Of a DNA stretch of 64,000 nucleotides, positions 60,080-64,000 are shown one piece after another. The DNA is from an uncultured Aliarcobacter sp. (GTDB taxonomy: Bacteria; Campylobacterota; Campylobacteria; Campylobacterales; Arcobacteraceae). The notes beneath the pieces were generated by a model. That model was not told the DNA's origin. It saw nothing but the letters and a program-made list of their open reading frames with translations, and searched no databases. The stretch spans positions 1,696,001-1,760,000 of the forward strand of contig OY781945.1 in NCBI GenBank assembly GCA_963677435.1. Reading direction: 5' to 3'. The stretch's first letter is position 1. Each line of letters begins with the position of its first letter. The translations under genes were made by a program, and so were the position numbers.

Positions 60080-61000
60080 ATGAATCAAGAAATAGTAACT
60101 ATTGATTTAGGATCAAACTCTTTTCGTGTTTTAAAATATGATTGTGTAAACCATACAATTATTTCAGAATACAATGAAGTAGTAGGAATGGCAGATGGTT
60201 TAGTGGATACAGGATTGATTTCACCAGAAGCTCTTAAAAGAGTAATTGAAGCAATTTCTCATTCTGTAAAAGTTATAAATTATAATCCAGAAGATGCAAT
60301 TTGTGTGACAACTGCTGCCATGAGAAAAGCTTTAAATAACAAAGAAGTCTTGGAATATTTTAAACAAAAAGCTGGAACTACATTTTCTATAATTGATGGA
60401 AAAGAAGAGGCTAGATTAACTTTATTAGCTGTTAAATATGCTTTAAAAAGAGAAAAAATCAATTCTGAAAAATTTATTTTATTAGACATTGGTGGTGGTT
60501 CTACTGAAATAATTATAAATACAAATGATACTTATGAATCTCATAGTTTTGATTTTGGAATAGTTACAATGACTCAAAAATCTTTAAATTATAATGATTT
60601 ACATAATGATTTAGAACTTAGAAAAAAAGAGATAAAAATCTTTTTGGATAGTTTAAATATTGATTTAGAAGAGTATAGTTTTGTTGCAACTGCTGGAACA
60701 CCAACAACAATAGCTGCTATAAAATTAGGACAAGATTTCTTCTCATATGATAGAAATATTGTAAATGGAACAATTGTAAATCTTGAAGACATTTGTAATA
60801 GTTTAGATATTTTTAAAAACTCATCAAAAGAAGACATTACTAAACTAGTAGGCCGAGGACGAGTTGAATTTATTGAAGTGGGGATTTTTATTTATAAAAT
60901 GATTTTTGAAGTTTTAAATAAAAAAGAATCAATAGTTTTAGATGATGGACTAAGAGAAGGTGTTGCTATAAATTATTGTCAAACAAAGTGTAAAAATTAA
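60080..61000 (+). CDS. Ppx/GppA phosphatase
   Basis: IDLGSNSFR, EEARL, DIGGGSTE and GLREG motifs. Confidence 0.9.
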   Translation: MNQEIVTIDLGSNSFRVLKYDCVNHTIISEYNEVVGMADGLVDTGLISPEALKRVIEAISHSVKVINYNPEDAICVTTAAMRKALNNKEVLEYFKQKAGTTFSIIDGKEEARLTLLAVKYALKREKINSEKFILLDIGGGSTEIIINTNDTYESHSFDFGIVTMTQKSLNYNDLHNDLELRKKEIKIFLDSLNIDLEEYSFVATAGTPTTIAAIKLGQDFFSYDRNIVNGTIVNLEDICNSLDIFKNSSKEDITKLVGRGRVEFIEVGIFIYKMIFEVLNKKESIVLDDGLREGVAINYCQTKCKN

Positions 61001-61791
61001 GATAAAAGTCTTACACTTTGTTCTTGAACAATATTAGCTTGAGAAACTGCTAAATAACCCATATTTGAGCTAACATTTGTTTTTGTAAAATCACTTGAGT
61101 CTTGACCAAAATTTCTATTTTTATTCATTTTATTTTCACTATACAAATTAAGTTGTTCCTGAATAGTATCTTTTGCACTATTTTTAAGATTATCTCCAAA
61201 TTCACTAAAATCATTATATGAATTTTGTAATTGTTCTGATGAATTTTGAACTTTTGATGAAAGACCTTGTAATGCTTCTGGATTATTTAAGTCACTATTA
61301 TTTGAAAGTTCAAAAATATCATTTGCATATGTTGGTGTATTTGGTTTCTCAATTGAAAAATTAGAATTTTTAGTATTTATGTCAATAGTTGTTTTTTCAT
61401 CATAATAATCAATCGCTAGAAGATTTTCTGATTTAAATTTTGTAGCATAAGCTATTTGATTAAAACTTTTTAAATCTTCATTTATACTTTGTTTTAAATC
61501 ATTTTTATTTTCATATGAATCGCTATTTTCAAGTTTTGTTTGAATATTTGTAAGATAAGTTTGTTGTTTTGAAATAGAATCTTGAGCAATTTTACTAATT
61601 GCAATTCCTTCATTTAAAGATTGAACATTTAAAGATAACTCATCTCTTTTTTTATTATAATCACTTATATAAAGATTGGTACCATCTTCATTTTTATTAT
61701 TTACAGCTTTGTTTGAGCCAGTTCTTTCAAGCCCTAAAGAAGACGAAGTATTAAGCGTAGATATATTACTATTTATACTATTTACATCCAT
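60997..61791 (-). CDS. Divergent short flagellin-like protein
   Basis: SLNEGIAISKIA N-terminal helix and C-terminal QANIVQEQSVRLLS. Confidence 0.65.
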   Translation of the reverse strand: MDVNSINSNISTLNTSSSLGLERTGSNKAVNNKNEDGTNLYISDYNKKRDELSLNVQSLNEGIAISKIAQDSISKQQTYLTNIQTKLENSDSYENKNDLKQSINEDLKSFNQIAYATKFKSENLLAIDYYDEKTTIDINTKNSNFSIEKPNTPTYANDIFELSNNSDLNNPEALQGLSSKVQNSSEQLQNSYNDFSEFGDNLKNSAKDTIQEQLNLYSENKMNKNRNFGQDSSDFTKTNVSSNMGYLAVSQANIVQEQSVRLLS

Positions 61792-61866
61792 ATTTCACCC
61801 CTTTTTTTTATTGCTTGTATTATACTTAAATTTTTATTAAATTTACTCTTAAATAAAATTATTTTT

Positions 61867-63819
<1,953 letters not shown>

Positions 63820-63918
63820 TCATTAGTAAAGTTTTTAGTTGCAATTATACTTAATAGATTTAGTATAAAAGATAAATAGGTTATAATCAAAGCTTAATAT
63901 TAAAAATAAAGAGTAGTG

Positions 63919-64000
63919 ATGAGTTATTTAGATATATGTATTATTGGTTGGAATTTAAATTCTTTTATGTTTGTTGTAAATTTTTTTATTGCAATTAGAA
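63919..64000 (+). CDS. 5' end of a probable membrane protein, truncated by the window edge
   Basis: MSYLDICIIGWNLNSFMFVVNFFIAIR, open to the end, with TATAAT upstream. Confidence 0.5.
   Translation, partial: MSYLDICIIGWNLNSFMFVVNFFIAIR

Overview
A very AT-rich chromosomal window. Gene content and sequence style (for example the HQWRQPL kinase motif and TATAAT-type promoters) point to Campylobacterota, most likely Arcobacteraceae; this is an inference. No rRNA, tRNA, CRISPR array, transposase or integrase was recognised. Main blocks, in order: (1) an SDR-MFS-lipocalin-FAD oxidoreductase-DUF1365-cfa-DUF3833-EAL fatty-acid modification operon; (2) a duplicated 22-aa-repeat protein; (3) a btuB-F-D-C-like corrinoid uptake operon and cbiA; (4) a TonB-dependent receptor-YfiR-like-kinase-regulator cassette directly ahead of a two-partner secretion pair; (5) a divergent anaerobic cobalamin cluster, cbiC-ferredoxin-cbiD-ET-F-G-H versus cbiM-K-L; (6) housekeeping genes through ligA. 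The main observations not evident from the ORF track are: related small leader ORFs ahead of both btuB and cbiM where a cobalamin riboswitch would be expected, a decayed cbiA remnant, an apparent ATA start codon for the intact cbiA, a candidate orphan sRNA, and a 50-aa unlisted ORF.
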